A DNA stretch of 64,000 nt from Lytechinus pictus. Lineage: Eukaryota. Below, in pieces: positions 53,201-63,282 of this stretch (its first letter is position 1; each line of letters opens with the position of its first letter). The notes under the pieces are model-generated. The model saw only the letters and a list, made by a program, of their open reading frames with translations. It did not search any database and had not been told where the DNA came from. The DNA lies in the NCBI RefSeq assembly GCF_037042905.1, contig NC_087246.1, positions 3,348,001 through 3,412,000 on the forward strand, read 5' to 3'. The position numbers and the translations under genes are program-made.

Positions 53201-54345
53201 CAACTGCTTATCTATTTCTATTTGCATGATTTCAGATATGTTATCAAAGGAGCCAGCATGGTCAGAAAGTGAGCTTTGTCAAGAATGCCAGGTTAAATTC
53301 AGCATTAAGACAAGGAAACATCACTGGTAAGTTCAAAGGTCTTGGTAAATATTTAAATGATTCAGGGTATTAAGACTTGACTGTAATGTAATCTCTCTAT
53401 GTGCAATTCCATAGAATAATAAATCTTTCAAGGTTTCAGATTTTAATTTTCAAGATAATTTTGAAATCTTTTTTTTAGCTTGTATAAAAGACATTATGAA
53501 TGATAATGCATTTTCAAGTTAAGGTCAAAGGTTAATGAACTTTGGGTTTTATTATCAAATTAATGTAACCTGCCACCCCCAATACCATTAATAACACGCC
53601 CAATATGAAATTTGAAATTTTCATTTAGCTTGAAAAATCACATCCCAAGCTTTTAAAGTGAAATCTAAACTGTAAAAATTGACCAACAAAAACCCAGACA
53701 AATACTTAATAATGCAAATACAGAAGAAATTTAGGTTTAGCTTTAAAAAAAAAGAGAGGAGAAAACAAGGTGTGAAGTTCAGGGTTCAATCAAGCATGAG
53801 ATGTGCACACTGCAATCTCAGTGAGGCTTCCACCAAGTAGTCCAAAAAACAGGGTGTAAAAGAAACTCTTGTATCTTCTCTTTACTGCAGCTTTACAACT
53901 TTAAATTTTGAGAGTATGAATTGTCACTATTTTTTTCAAAATTATTCATGGAAAATTTGTTTGTGTTTCATAAAGCTTGTATACAAGGAGGATCAAGTAT
54001 CAACTGTTATGTGAGTAAAAATTCCAGGTAATTGGACAAAGGCCAAAGGTCATTTCAGGTCCAAAACCTTGATGAAAATTGAAATTTTGTCATAGTTCCA
54101 TAAGTAAGTTGTCACATGTATTCATTCCATATTCCATGAAGCTTGAAATTAATGAATAACAAGTTTCAAAGTGAAGGTACCACTGGTGTTGTGTCTTGTC
54201 TGATTTATCTTGCAGTCGACACTGTGGTAGAATCCTATGCAGCAAGTGTTCATCAAAGATGGTTCCCATTGTCAAATACGACCTCTCTCGTCCTGTAAGA
54301 GTCTGTAATGTATGCTTTGATGTGCTTTCCCTGGGTGCCATGTGA
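29243..54345 (+). CDS. ANKFY1: Rabankyrin-5 (ankyrin repeat and FYVE domain-containing protein 1), 23 exons, about 1200 aa
   Basis: 23 GT-AG exons total 3603 nt in one continuous frame. MAEEAEKLQRHLDLLRQEYVKLQ coiled coil, BTB (AHKFVLAARS), BACK, ankyrin repeats, FYVE (TRKHHCRHCGRILCSKCS...VRVCNVCF); collinear with human ANKFY1 as I recall it. Confidence 0.97.
29627..31481. mobile_element. PIF/Harbinger-like non-autonomous element (1.85 kb) in ANKFY1 intron 1
   Basis: TIRs GGGGCCTGTTGCA / TGCAACAGGCCCC with shared subterminal motifs (accattct / agaatggt); no clean TSD and no transposase ORF. Confidence 0.7.
34535..34730 (+). CDS. ANKFY1: ANKFY1 exon 2
   Basis: EAEKLQRHLDLLRQEYVKLQ...VADLFDKELY; cag/gt. 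Confidence 0.95.
35160..35278 (+). CDS. ANKFY1: ANKFY1 exon 3 (BTB)
   Basis: SDLVVRLAGQEVKAHKFVLAARSDHWG...IDFT. Confidence 0.95.
36699..36834 (+). CDS. ANKFY1: ANKFY1 exon 4
   Basis: DIGHEVGMDLLKWVYTD...FHLEPLQDR. Confidence 0.95.
37534..37657 (+). CDS. ANKFY1: ANKFY1 exon 5
   Basis: CEKTLMSSVNVRNCIRYYQ...ELISSHW. Confidence 0.95.
37975..38124 (+). CDS. ANKFY1: ANKFY1 exon 6
   Basis: NDFTSEDFGNMAAPLLYKMFK...REDIVFLYLVEYDAQ. Confidence 0.95.
39006..39171 (+). CDS. ANKFY1: ANKFY1 exon 7
   Basis: LPGKLNEVDDRGDLPLDLAL...LLHKAIKR. Confidence 0.95.
39562..39766 (+). CDS. ANKFY1: ANKFY1 exon 8
   Basis: DEFSANFLIKSKANVNAATQGDRETPLHMV...GANPNAQDSKG. Confidence 0.95.
39785..40165 (+). mobile_element. 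Truncated, diverged copy of the piggyBac-like element at 50593
   Basis: G-run/C-run hairpin, gagatcttggcc and the downstream AT-rich body align by eye with 50600-50970. Confidence 0.65.
40188..40495 (-). mobile_element. L2-type LINE/SINE 3' tail embedded in a (GAT)n microsatellite
   Basis: Minus strand ...atagcgctatacaaatgctgtg(cat)n tail at ~40285-40430, flanked by gat repeats on both sides. Confidence 0.55.
40616..40684 (+). CDS. ANKFY1: ANKFY1 exon 9
   Basis: TPIHIAIGSGNTAVFDKLLTHK. Confidence 0.93.
41007..41320 (+). mobile_element. Partial Helentron-associated element
   Basis: tttgtctcacctgcatagcagag terminus plus one to two diverged repeat units. Confidence 0.75.
41648..41799 (+). CDS. 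ANKFY1: ANKFY1 exon 10
   Basis: INFDLLNNDGDSALWWALDNTATNTSYNDDSLAAKLIRRGCSPDAINPQT. Confidence 0.93.
41815..41930 (+). pseudogene. Decayed tandem duplicate (pseudo-exon) of ANKFY1 exon 10
   Basis: Aligns to 41655-41771 at 88/117 nt by hand with a 1-nt deletion; no flanking splice sites. Confidence 0.85.
42614..42711 (+). CDS. ANKFY1: ANKFY1 exon 11
   Basis: GDTLMHRAARSGNEEGALFLATHGASPNLANFK. Confidence 0.95.
42876..43025. mobile_element. Hairpin Harbinger-like MITE
   Basis: taaaggacttacaactgttgtaactttgccattatgg ... ccataatggcaaagttacaacagttgtaagtccttta near-perfect inverted repeat; core agccaatcataatcaagg. Confidence 0.75.
43354..43723 (+). CDS. ANKFY1: ANKFY1 exon 12 (with Gly/Ser-rich insertion containing NPF)
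   Basis: GETPLHAAASFGLARL...SNPFMDEG...QTPLHMAVANRHAEVVGVFMEHR. Confidence 0.95.
44874..45126 (+). CDS. ANKFY1: ANKFY1 exon 13
   Basis: QALQTQDGIQIIPDFNLRDSNDQTVLGLALWTG...LLEHQADINI. Confidence 0.95.
45407..45575 (+). CDS. ANKFY1: ANKFY1 exon 14
   Basis: TRDGENPLQLAIKRHLPVVVDALC...EDIASTL. Confidence 0.95.
46261..46429. mobile_element. Harbinger-like MITE
   Basis: cag|ggtcctgttgcat ... atgcaacggggcc|cag; same core (agccaatcagaatcaagg) as 19044 and 42876. Confidence 0.7.
46488..46606 (+). CDS. ANKFY1: ANKFY1 exon 15
   Basis: VRHGCDTTAWGPGEGGMQQTLLHRAIDENSQTVACFLIR. Confidence 0.95.
46979..47135 (+). CDS. ANKFY1: ANKFY1 exon 16
   Basis: MCDVNSPRRPGPNGEGPDEAFDGQGPLHHASEWGLEQVVQCLIEHQADINAK. 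Confidence 0.95.
47469..47669 (+). CDS. ANKFY1: ANKFY1 exon 17
   Basis: DSEGRTPLHIAISNQH...AILDREPRAAEQ. Confidence 0.95.
48049..48225 (+). CDS. ANKFY1: ANKFY1 exon 18
   Basis: LDNKGRNFLHVAVEKSDIESVLFLISV...AGSEIIVRNL. Confidence 0.95.
48615..48832 (+). mobile_element. tRNA-derived SINE
   Basis: A box tagcttggtcggtagagc, B box ggttcaattccc, then a non-tRNA body (tagtgccctttggtaaagcattt...) and a tattat tail. Confidence 0.8.
49057..49204 (+). CDS. ANKFY1: ANKFY1 exon 19
   Basis: LLAGAGVMDLNNHKQNALHMAAAKDHSTICSILIENG...DDNGNS. Confidence 0.95.
49822..49912 (+). CDS. ANKFY1: ANKFY1 exon 20
   Basis: ALHIAVQYGNLNSARVLLTESSIDAEAFNMR. Confidence 0.95.
50593..52312. mobile_element. piggyBac-like non-autonomous element hosting a nested Helentron-associated element
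   Basis: TTAA|CCCTAACTAGGCCGG ... CCGGCCATTTTAGGG|TTAA; subterminal G-run-ttgattcaa-C-run palindromes at both ends. Confidence 0.85.
50972..51926 (+). mobile_element. Full-length Helentron-associated element with ~163-bp tandem repeats
   Basis: tt-gtctcacctgcat ... atgcaggtgagac...cttgtt; 5' hairpin gtctcac/gtgagac; (ggc)n microsatellite; four to five units; inserted in a T run. Confidence 0.88.
52369..52539. mobile_element. Hairpin Harbinger-like MITE
   Basis: 49-bp perfect inverted repeat gtttcataaagctgttcgtaagttaagagcgactttaagaacgactggtga and its reverse complement; CTG/CAG flanks; diverged relative at ~57473-57767. Confidence 0.85.
52679..52950 (+). CDS. ANKFY1: ANKFY1 exon 21
   Basis: GQTPMHLLGQYGRDNAAAIFDLFRECMP...QVATKQLLFRLL. 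Confidence 0.95.
53236..53326 (+). CDS. ANKFY1: ANKFY1 exon 22 (FYVE, first half)
   Basis: DMLSKEPAWSESELCQECQVKFSIKTRKHH(C). Confidence 0.95.
54216..54345 (+). CDS. ANKFY1: ANKFY1 exon 23 (FYVE, second half, stop)
   Basis: RHCGRILCSKCSSKMVPIVKYDLSRPVRVCNVCFDVLSLGAM*. Confidence 0.95.
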
Positions 54346-54649
54346 ACTATCCATCGACTCCATTCCTGATCAGTGTATGTCACGCTCCAGAGATGCTTTC
54401 TAACACTTCAATCCGATGCCAACCCTGCCATTCAGTTGATCCAGAGTTCAAAGCTCACCCATCATCAGGTTGAGGATGACATTGTCAATCATCCGATACG
54501 TGGCTGTTACCCCTCCTACTTCACAGACTGATGGACAAACTAGGATGTACTTTCTTCCTGGTGTCACTGATCAACATCCAGCCTTATTCACGCTTCTCTA
54601 GGAGAGCATAGTTCATTATCTGCTGATGTGTAGTGGGTAATCCACAGCA

Positions 54650-54840
54650 TTTGATGATGGGTCTTTCGATGCTGCCGCAAATCATTAATGGAACAAACTC
54701 CCGTAAGATTCAACAATAATACCACTGCCAATCTATTCTCAATGATGTGAAGTTTATCTGTTCAAATAATTTTTTGATTTTATAATTGTTATGCATGTCT
54801 TCTAAAAGTTCAAAATGGATCAGCATTTATAAAATATCAT
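54650..54840 (+). mobile_element. Ancient L2/CR1-type LINE 3' remnant in the ANKFY1 3' region
   Basis: Translates DGSFDAAANH*WNKLP, resembling the L2 ORF2 C-terminal GDRAFSVAAPRLWNSLP motif. Confidence 0.5.
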
Positions 54841-55781
54841 GAGCAAGGTCCTGGATGCTCTGGCCAAGAAATAACATTGGCAGTGTATCAAGGATTCAGT
54901 GCCTTTGATTAAACTAGATGAGTAGAACAAAAATAATTGTTCCAAACATACAAAACACTAGCCACTGATTGATTCTGGAATTGACTGGAAATGTAAACTT
55001 GTTGAATTTGACTGATATACATTAGAATACTTGATAATTTAATGACAGATAGTATTTTATGGTTCAATTTCACTGTGATATCATCAAATAACACTTTGGT
55101 ATAAAGGGTGCCATATTATTCTAAATAATTCTAAGATTGATCATTGTTAGAATACACAGCTGATATTAATTCCTACCCAACTGATACTGCATCAATCACA
55201 GTCAAGAGTTAAGCTATATTGTCAGGTTTCATCTAGAAACAGGAATTGTCCATCACCAACGGTGTAAAGAGTTCTATGGAATACAAACTTTATGTAATGC
55301 ACTTTATACAATTATATCAATATTAAAAAGTAATTTTCTCATTCTTGGTAGCCAAAAAGGCTAAGGTGAAGATTGTATTTCACTGTATTGAGTAAGTTTT
55401 ATCCACTGATTTAACTTCTGTCAGTCCTTTCCAGATCTTTTCACAACTCTGGAGTCAGAAGTATTTAATCATTGTAAATCAGAATCTGATGACTGGGTAA
55501 AAGCGCTTTGACAGTTTGTTCCAATGTATTAAGTTCTATGTGATATTATCTCATGTTATACTCTCTCCATGAAAACTAAAGATGATACCCTATTCACACT
55601 GTTTTATTATGTTATGAATCTATTCCATGCTTTGATATACCAATTTTATAGGCAAGTCCACTTTTCCTTAGGACTCATGTCTATAAGACAGCATTAATGG
55701 GGAAAAGAGTGAATCTATAAGGCCAATGAGAAGGACATTGATCCAGTCAATATGGCATGGCCTTTGATGGCCTTGTTTTAA

Positions 55782-56526
55782 CCCTTTAGCACCTGAACCG
55801 CCCGAGACCGCCCTTCCTATTACACACTGAACCGCCCTTAACCGTCCGTACGTTTTCTTTGCGCTATAGTATCTCTTGTCTATGATTTACCGTGGTAATA
55901 TTGCGTGTGCATACTGTATAGGTTGGCTGCTACATAGATCTGCATAGAAAAGTGTATGCTCCTATTGAGTATAATAGAGAAAAACCGATTGACATGCATC
56001 GGTGTGTAGCAAGTTCCAGACTGTTGCGCAGTCGATCTCAGCAAAGATGGCTGCGTCCATGTCTCGGAAAACCACTTACTTCGCCGAAGAAGCTCGGGCC
56101 TTGCTATATGTTCATCAAAACGTTGGATATCACACAGAGTGACATCTAGATGTGAGTTGGAATTAATTTTTGACATATTTGATCCAAGATTTGGCGAAAA
56201 CTTTAGTATTCTGTCAGTGATACTTTACATTTTTTTGAAGGCGTGGGACTGGGGCGGCTGAAAACCGAACTTTTTTTTTTTTTTTTCTTCTCGCTCTGCA
56301 AACGATTGTCAAAGGTCAATATTCGTACATCTGATTGAACTTTGCCATGTACCATTCTATTCAACAGGTCCTATGCTACAAAATAAATATAACTTGTAAT
56401 GAACAAAAGTAAATTTATAAAAAAATATTTCAATTTGTTTGGAACAATGCCTACTTATTACCAGTTTTATTGTTTCCTCCAGTGAGTAATTGCCATTATG
56501 CATAGGAATCTGTAGGTGCTAGAGGG
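55782..56526. mobile_element. piggyBac-like MITE (745 bp)
   Basis: TTAA|CCCTTTAGCACCT ... AGGTGCTAGAGGG|TTAA. Confidence 0.88.
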
Positions 56527-59198
56527 TTAAAGTGCTAAAAAGACATTTATCCATCCTTGAGTAATCTTTAATACTGTTTTAGTTCTTGAAGCATTTGAAT
56601 GAGGTGTGAGTTTTTGGTTAAATCCTGCCATCCCCCAACCTTTTTGGTTCAAATTTGCAATATATCATGATTTGTTATGAATGATATGAAGAGATGATAT
56701 TTCTTAGATAGTATCAACTCCCAGGGTAGTCAAATTGATTTCATCACAGCATTTGATATTGTTAGAAGTATGTTGCTATCATTTTGTACTCTATTTATTT
56801 TATAGTGATAATTGTTTTTGTAATATTTCCAAAGGTGGTTTCTTTTTTTTTTATCTCAAAGCATATATCATGATTAAATTCAACATTTATAACATGATTA
56901 TAAATTTTTTATTCTTATGTTTTTTATTTTTTATTCAAGATTATTTTATTGGTCCATGAATGCAGGCATACAAAGAAAGTTAGCTTTCAAATAATACACA
57001 AAGCTTTACATGAACAAAATAAATAACATTTATGATAACTGTCTTAATACCTCCTCAATCCATCAGTAAGATGTTTCGATTCTTATTCAATCTTAATTTG
57101 TATTATCTTAATTTACAATTGATTTATTTGTATATAGACAGTATTTCAACAGTAATCATTTTTTTTGGTGGAGGCTGTCTTTACTGATTATTGCATTATC
57201 TTTGATTTCTTTCTTTGATACCTTGAATCACTTTCATTCCTTATCTTTGGCAAGTATTTGCTATCTTGGTGAAAAATCATGTGGAAAAGCTTTATATAAT
57301 TTGATAATGGTGGGACTGAGCAACCGAACCGCATCATCTTGCCATATAATGTGTTCTTCCCCTACCCACCTTTTAGAAAATTTTAATCAGGACTCGTAAT
57401 TTCAAAGCCAGATGGTTTTTTTTTGCATGGTAGATATTGTACATGTATGTGACTTGAACAGAAACCAGGAACGGGATGATATTTCATAAAGCTGTTCACA
57501 AGTAACAGACAACTGTACTCACAAGTAGTGTACCTTTCTTGGGTTATAATCATCTTTTTTTTATTCCATAAGCCACAGTCAAAATCTGGTCCTTCTCATC
57601 AGGAAGCAGCTGAGGGGAAAATTCTCAATTTTTAAAAATTTGATAGGAAACACTCCCATTATGTTAAAACAAGGATAACTTGGGATATCTCATGTAGTAC
57701 AAGAAATAGTCACTAGACATGTGTACAATTATGCATATCTTATGAGCAGCTATTTAAAACAGCCCCCAAAGTCAGGCAGAAATTTAGTTTTAATGCGTTT
57801 TCATTTTACAAATAGATTTTTTTCTTTCTCTCAAGCTAAATACATAGAAAAACACTGATCGTGCTGAGCCAAGCTAAGGCTGGTGAGCCTCCATGCTATT
57901 GAATGCATAGGTGTCTAAATATCACAGAGTCATTTTGCTTTTTCAGGAAATCACACTTGTAACTCACTTTTTTTGTAAGGCATTAGATGGTCTTTCAAAC
58001 AAGGCACTTTTCATAGTATTGCTTGTTTATTATTCCATGTTCATTTGTAGGATTTTGATTAGACTTCAGGTGCATCAGATTGTTCATCAGAAAAATACAC
58101 ATTTTAAGCATGAACAACTCTCCATCACAATTATTAGTTGATGTTCATATTACCTTTAAAAGTTATATTACAACTCAAAGTAATCATAATTTAAAGTAAT
58201 TATCATCTACCGGTATGTTTATCCTGAAAGATCTAACACAAGCCAGTAAATTACCTTAATGCAAATTATATCCTAACATTACATGTATGTAAGGTTAAAT
58301 ATACTCTGTCAAAACATGGAAGAAAGTAATTAATCTGAACTCTCATGTGGCGTAGAACTTTGTTTGAGTAGAACAACCTAAATTTTGGAACTCTGGCATT
58401 CTTCACAAAACATAGAGAACAATCTTTTTTCAAGTGAGCCCAATGCTTAGTGTCATTTCTCTTGTGTACTTCAGACTCCATTCATTCTGTTGCTTTGTGT
58501 TTCATTTTTTATACAATGAATATTCTGCAAGCACTTGAGTGTCCCTTCATCAGCCTTACTCAAACATTTTTTGCATATATAGTATGCATTTTTGTAAAAT
58601 TATCTAACTCATCTCCTTTGAAAAATCCAGTTAGTAGTAATTAAGTAGCAATAAATTGCATAGCAGTGGCAAATGCTAATCTAGCATTTTTACAAGGGTA
58701 CTCTATGACATACTAGTGCGAAACTATGACACCAAATAAATACTGCTCTCTGCTTGATTGGAATTGGGATTAGTAGTTCCAGTTGTGGAGAATCTAAAAG
58801 TCAGATACGGTAGTTATGATTGTGTTGGCGATTCACAAAATAATTCTTTTCCTGCATTTTAAAGAAAAAGTTAAAATGGTGTTTGGTTTTGATTGAGATA
58901 GATTATCTAGTTGATTTAAAGATGAAATTGTATCTGTGCCATGACCATCAAGATGATCCTATTACTCAGTGATTTGAAATATTAATGATGTAAAAAGTTA
59001 CAGAAGATATATATATGTACATTTATAGAAACGTTCCATGTCTTTTCTAATATCTATGTATTGTTTTATATAACTCTAGCATGTATTTGTTTACCCAAGT
59101 TCTGATGATTAATGGAAGGTGATTTGAGGTGACCAATTTTTTATTTATTTCTGTTTAAGTTTATATGTGTCTGTAATCCATATTATTGGCATAACTTG

Positions 59199-59204
59199 AA
59201 TAAA
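59199..59204 (+). terminator. Candidate distal ANKFY1 poly(A) signal
   Basis: AATAAA near the end of a T-rich stretch, with a GT-rich tract at ~59281-59320; several upstream AATAAA also exist. Confidence 0.3.
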
Positions 59205-60699
59205 GTTCAATGAGTATTATGCATCCTATGATTGTAAAATGTCACAATTTGAAATTAAGAGCTGATTTGATGCATGAAAAGTTATATTGGGTTATCTGTG
59301 TATATTTGTTGTCTCTGTGTTCTAAGACTTTCTTGAAATTACTGGTACTTATTAATTCTAATACAGTGTGTCCCACAAGAAAAAACTGAGAAATATTATT
59401 TATTTATCATAACTTAAATCACAAATACAACAGACAAATGACCTATTATTGTAAAGATTAGAATCTCCTTTTTCAGCTGGTATAACATAGAAAATTTCTC
59501 ATTCACACATGAATGAGTAAAAACAATTTGAAGAAAGGATACAAGTCACTTGGCAGGCGGTATCTGAGTTTTAAATAGAAAATCACACGTCCAAAAATTC
59601 AATATCTGCTCTTTAATTTGATACCTCTATCACAGAAAATGGTCAAGAAGAAATATCAGCATTCTGTTCCTTTTGAAATAATGCTTGTATTACCATAATT
59701 TCAGTAAACAAATGTGTTTTCACGGATTCCCTTCCGAGCAATCGCCCAGTTAACAAAAGACTTAATGCATGGCTGATAATGAACAACTGCACATTCCCTG
59801 ATGACATATAATCACAACAGGTACGTGGCAAACAATAGGAAAGAAGAATGGTGAACCTCTCTAATGATACCAGGTTCACATACCTTTTCTATATTTCAGT
59901 AACAAAACTATATACTAGTAAAACTGAATAACTTTTTTGAGGGGTTTATATGGAAGAAGCATATACTACCACGTATTGTCTATTAGGGGTGGTCTTAGCA
60001 AATTAAAAGTGAGAGTAAAGCACAATGATGTGTGAAATTCTTCTTTATGGTTCAAATTATGATCTTTTAAATAAATTACCTCCTAAACAAATATTGTGAT
60101 CACAGGCAGGGAAGGGGAGACCTCCCCCCCCCCCCCCACGGGCCTCTATATATATGCTTAATTGTAAAATTCACTTTGCAATCAATTTTGTGCCTTATGA
60201 CAGCATTAGGAACAAATTTAGAACAAACTGGTGAAATCCCATATGGTTTGGTGTTATTTAAAATAATTCAGTTTCCAATATAATAACTCAGTATCAGGTC
60301 TACGTATTAATTTGGTATCATATAGGTCATTAATAATTGCATATTTCAGATTGTTAAAAGTTCCTAAAATTGTCTGTGCCGGGAAATATAGTTTTTTTTT
60401 CTTTTTGAAATGCAACGCGATTGTGATCAAACTCATATCGTCCAATAGGCCTGTAGCAAAATAATAGTTATAATTTTTTTTATATAGTTCACATATTTTT
60501 TTCCCTGATATATGAGGAGATAAAAATAAATTGTGAAAAAATATTGGGGCCCCTCAGTAATTTGGAATGGCGCCCGGCCCCTATTAAGCCCCAACCCCAT
60601 TACTTAGGTGTGTACATCGATTGGCCAAATATCAACGTTTTTTTAAGCGACTCCTCGGGGTTACTAGTAGAATAGCGGAGTTACATGTAGAAACAAGCT

Positions 60700-60855
60700 T
60701 CAGAGCTGCGCACGGAAATGAAAAGGATTTCCGTGGTGCCGGTGCTGCGCTGGCGCGCGTTCGGTACGGCGCGCTGATTATATCTGAGTCGAGTATGGTA
60801 TAGTAGCTCGGATCAACATACACGCGCGCCCTAGCCTCTCTCCTATCTGGTTAAC
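60700..60855 (+). promoter_or_regulatory. CpG-rich promoter / 5' UTR of the SELENOM-like gene
   Basis: Dense gcgcgc/cgcg words directly upstream of AACATGGCG. Confidence 0.6.
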
Positions 60856-60966
60856 ATGGCGAAAACACGGGAACTCTCGACAATTTTGGGACTGGGATTC
60901 ATTTTCCTGACCGCCATTTGTATATCTGTTGAAGCCGATGGACAAGTAATGAGCGCCAGAGTTGAG
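60856..60966 (+). CDS. SELENOM: Probable selenoprotein M, exon 1 (partial gene; remainder outside window)
   Basis: MAKTRELSTILGLGFIFLTAICISVEADGQVMSARVE|gtgatt: signal-peptide-like hydrophobic stretch, then ARVE, the motif that precedes the [TS]CGGU redox motif in SelM. Too short for the ORF track. Confidence 0.7.
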
Positions 60967-61278
60967 GTGATTATCTCCTTATTTTACAATGAAATAGATC
61001 GGTTGGAGCTCTGCCTCTGTAGACATCAGTGATTCAGTCATCAGTGCAGTGGAGAAAAAAATAGGCAAAATGCATAGGCCTAACACAAAAAGCTTCAGCC
61101 GCAGGCATCAGTCACTCACTGACTCAGTCTCAGAGTCTGAGTCAGAATCCGGACCTAGTTTCGCATTTCCTAGGAGAATACTCTCTACATTACAATATAA
61201 ATCCACCAAATCCTTCGAAAATGCAAGTCAAATCACAATTTTTTTTAAAAGTTGATGAACTGGGACAGCATCGGAATC

Positions 61279-62422
61279 CCGGGGGGGGGGGGGGCATTCG
61301 ACCAACTACCCCTTATTTATCGACCACCTAATCTTCTAAGCATCGTATCTGCGAAAATATTCATCAATTTTACCCAGTTTTCGTCTCATTTGTGCAAAAA
61401 ATTTAGCCGATCAGATTCCCATGTTTCGCTCGGCGACTCCGATTCAATCCGCGTATATATCGACGAACAACGAATACGACGATTTTACATTTGCTCATTT
61501 GTACCCGTCTTTTGAAACCGACCACCGCGATACACTAAGTTTACGGCCGATTCTTGTCGCGGTGGCGAAATATTTTTATTCTTCCAATCAGTTCTATGAT
61601 GTCAACATGTAAATGATCGTCTCACTACTTCCACTGCGAGCTCCGGCACATGATTCGACGATTGACGATGGATATTTGTTCTAAAGCCGTCTCCTATCGG
61701 ATTTCTTGGTTTTTCAGCGGGGTTTGGGTCTGGTCAATACAATTTTGATTAATTCTATTAAATTTTTACTTTTTGTTGCTTCTTTTTTTCTTGTAAGATC
61801 GATTCTTACCGTTTCTATGGACACTGCGCCTACTCTCCCGCGCGTATCGTAATACGCAATAAGTTTAACGCGCGCAAGGTGGTCGGTTTCAAAAGAGGTG
61901 GTCGATATGTGGTAGTCTCACCATATGTGCCGCAGGCGAGATAAAAAACGGGGGCCTTGGAGCGGGCTTATTGTAAAAAGGAGGGTCCTCGGAACGGGCT
62001 TCGGAACTACAAATGTTTGTGAAAACGGGGGTCCTTGGAACGGGTCCCTGCGTGTGAGTGCGTATGCATCCCTACGGAACGTGCATGCAGCTTGCCCAGC
62101 GGCACGGGCGCCGGGTGCGCTATCGCAGAGGTAATGGTCGGTCAGCGCTCTGCGGCCGCTTTTCACCAAAATTGCGGCCCATTGTAGCAGAACAATGCGA
62201 CCGGAACGGCGTAACGGAAAATATGCGAAGCCTTGGAGCGGATTTATTTCTCCTTTTTCTCGATAAGAAGAAAATGCTATGCTTTGGAGCGGCTTTCTTT
62301 GTTCTTTTTCTCAAGACAAAAAATGATATGCCTTGGAACGGAAATTTGAGTGTAAAAATGGGGGTCCCCTCCGCGGCACATACCCACTATGCATTATATA
62401 CTGAGTGCCCCCCCCCCCCCCG
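61279..62422. mobile_element. Non-autonomous DNA transposon with G/C-tract termini and 9-bp TSD (MULE-like)
   Basis: ATCGGAATC at 61270-61278 and 62423-62431; termini ccG14ca / tgC14g. Confidence 0.8.
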
Positions 62423-63013
62423 ATCGGAATCTCTTGTCTTGATCATGTTGATTCTGGACAACAACATATTTCATTGTTCTTCCTTGGCAAAGACAAAGTT
62501 CGGATAATCAGTGTCAGCTCAGTGCTGTCCCAGTCCACCAACTTTCTACAAAGTCGAAAGCCTCATTGTGATTTTACTTGCATTTTCAAAGGAATCGATG
62601 CGTTGTAGACAGTTTCCGGTGCAGTAAAAGCAAAAAAAACCTTAATGTCAATCTCCAGCGCTGAAGTGAACGGGGGGGGGGGGGGGGGGGGGGGTGGCGT
62701 GTCAGCGCACCAAAAAAAAATCAACTTAGATAGGCCTAGGGTCTAGATCTAGACTCAAAGTTAGAGTGTTAGGAAGGGGATGGGGTGTGCGGACACTTTA
62801 AATTTTGAAGCCTTCTTTTTTTTGTCTTTGGATAATCTTCAGTTTTTTCTCTGTATAATATTTCCTAACATTTCGTAAAGTACCATACTATTACAATTGA
62901 GACTTTGCTTGATTAAAATAAAAAGTCAAAATGGCTGTTTAAAATCAATTTTCTAGTATTTCTGGCCTGTACACCCAACAACTGGGTATAATATAAGGTT
63001 ACACATCATCCAG

Positions 63014-63282
63014 GGGTGGTATTCTGAAAATGTTCTTTACTTTTCTTGTAACTCAAGATAATCGCTTGATAAATGATCTTAAATTGTTGACTGATGTATC
63101 CCCCGTTTCACCGTTTTTCATTAGTGTTTTTTAATATTTTCTGATGTTTTATCCTCCTACACAGATGGATGTTGGCCATAGGACTCGTAATGCGCTTGCA
63201 GTGAAAGTTACAAAAAAAAATTACAAGAAAAGATACAAGAAAACCAGAATATTTTCTAAAGACAATTTTCAGAATATGGCCC
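63014..63282. mobile_element. Harbinger-like MITE
   Basis: gggtggtattctgaaaatgt ... aattttcagaatatggccc inverted termini. Confidence 0.6.

Noticed and set aside
61918-62608. GC-rich overlapping ORFs as a gene or SELENOM exon 2
   Set aside because: They lie mostly within the TSD-bounded transposon and lack a CxxU/CxxC-LNRL motif.
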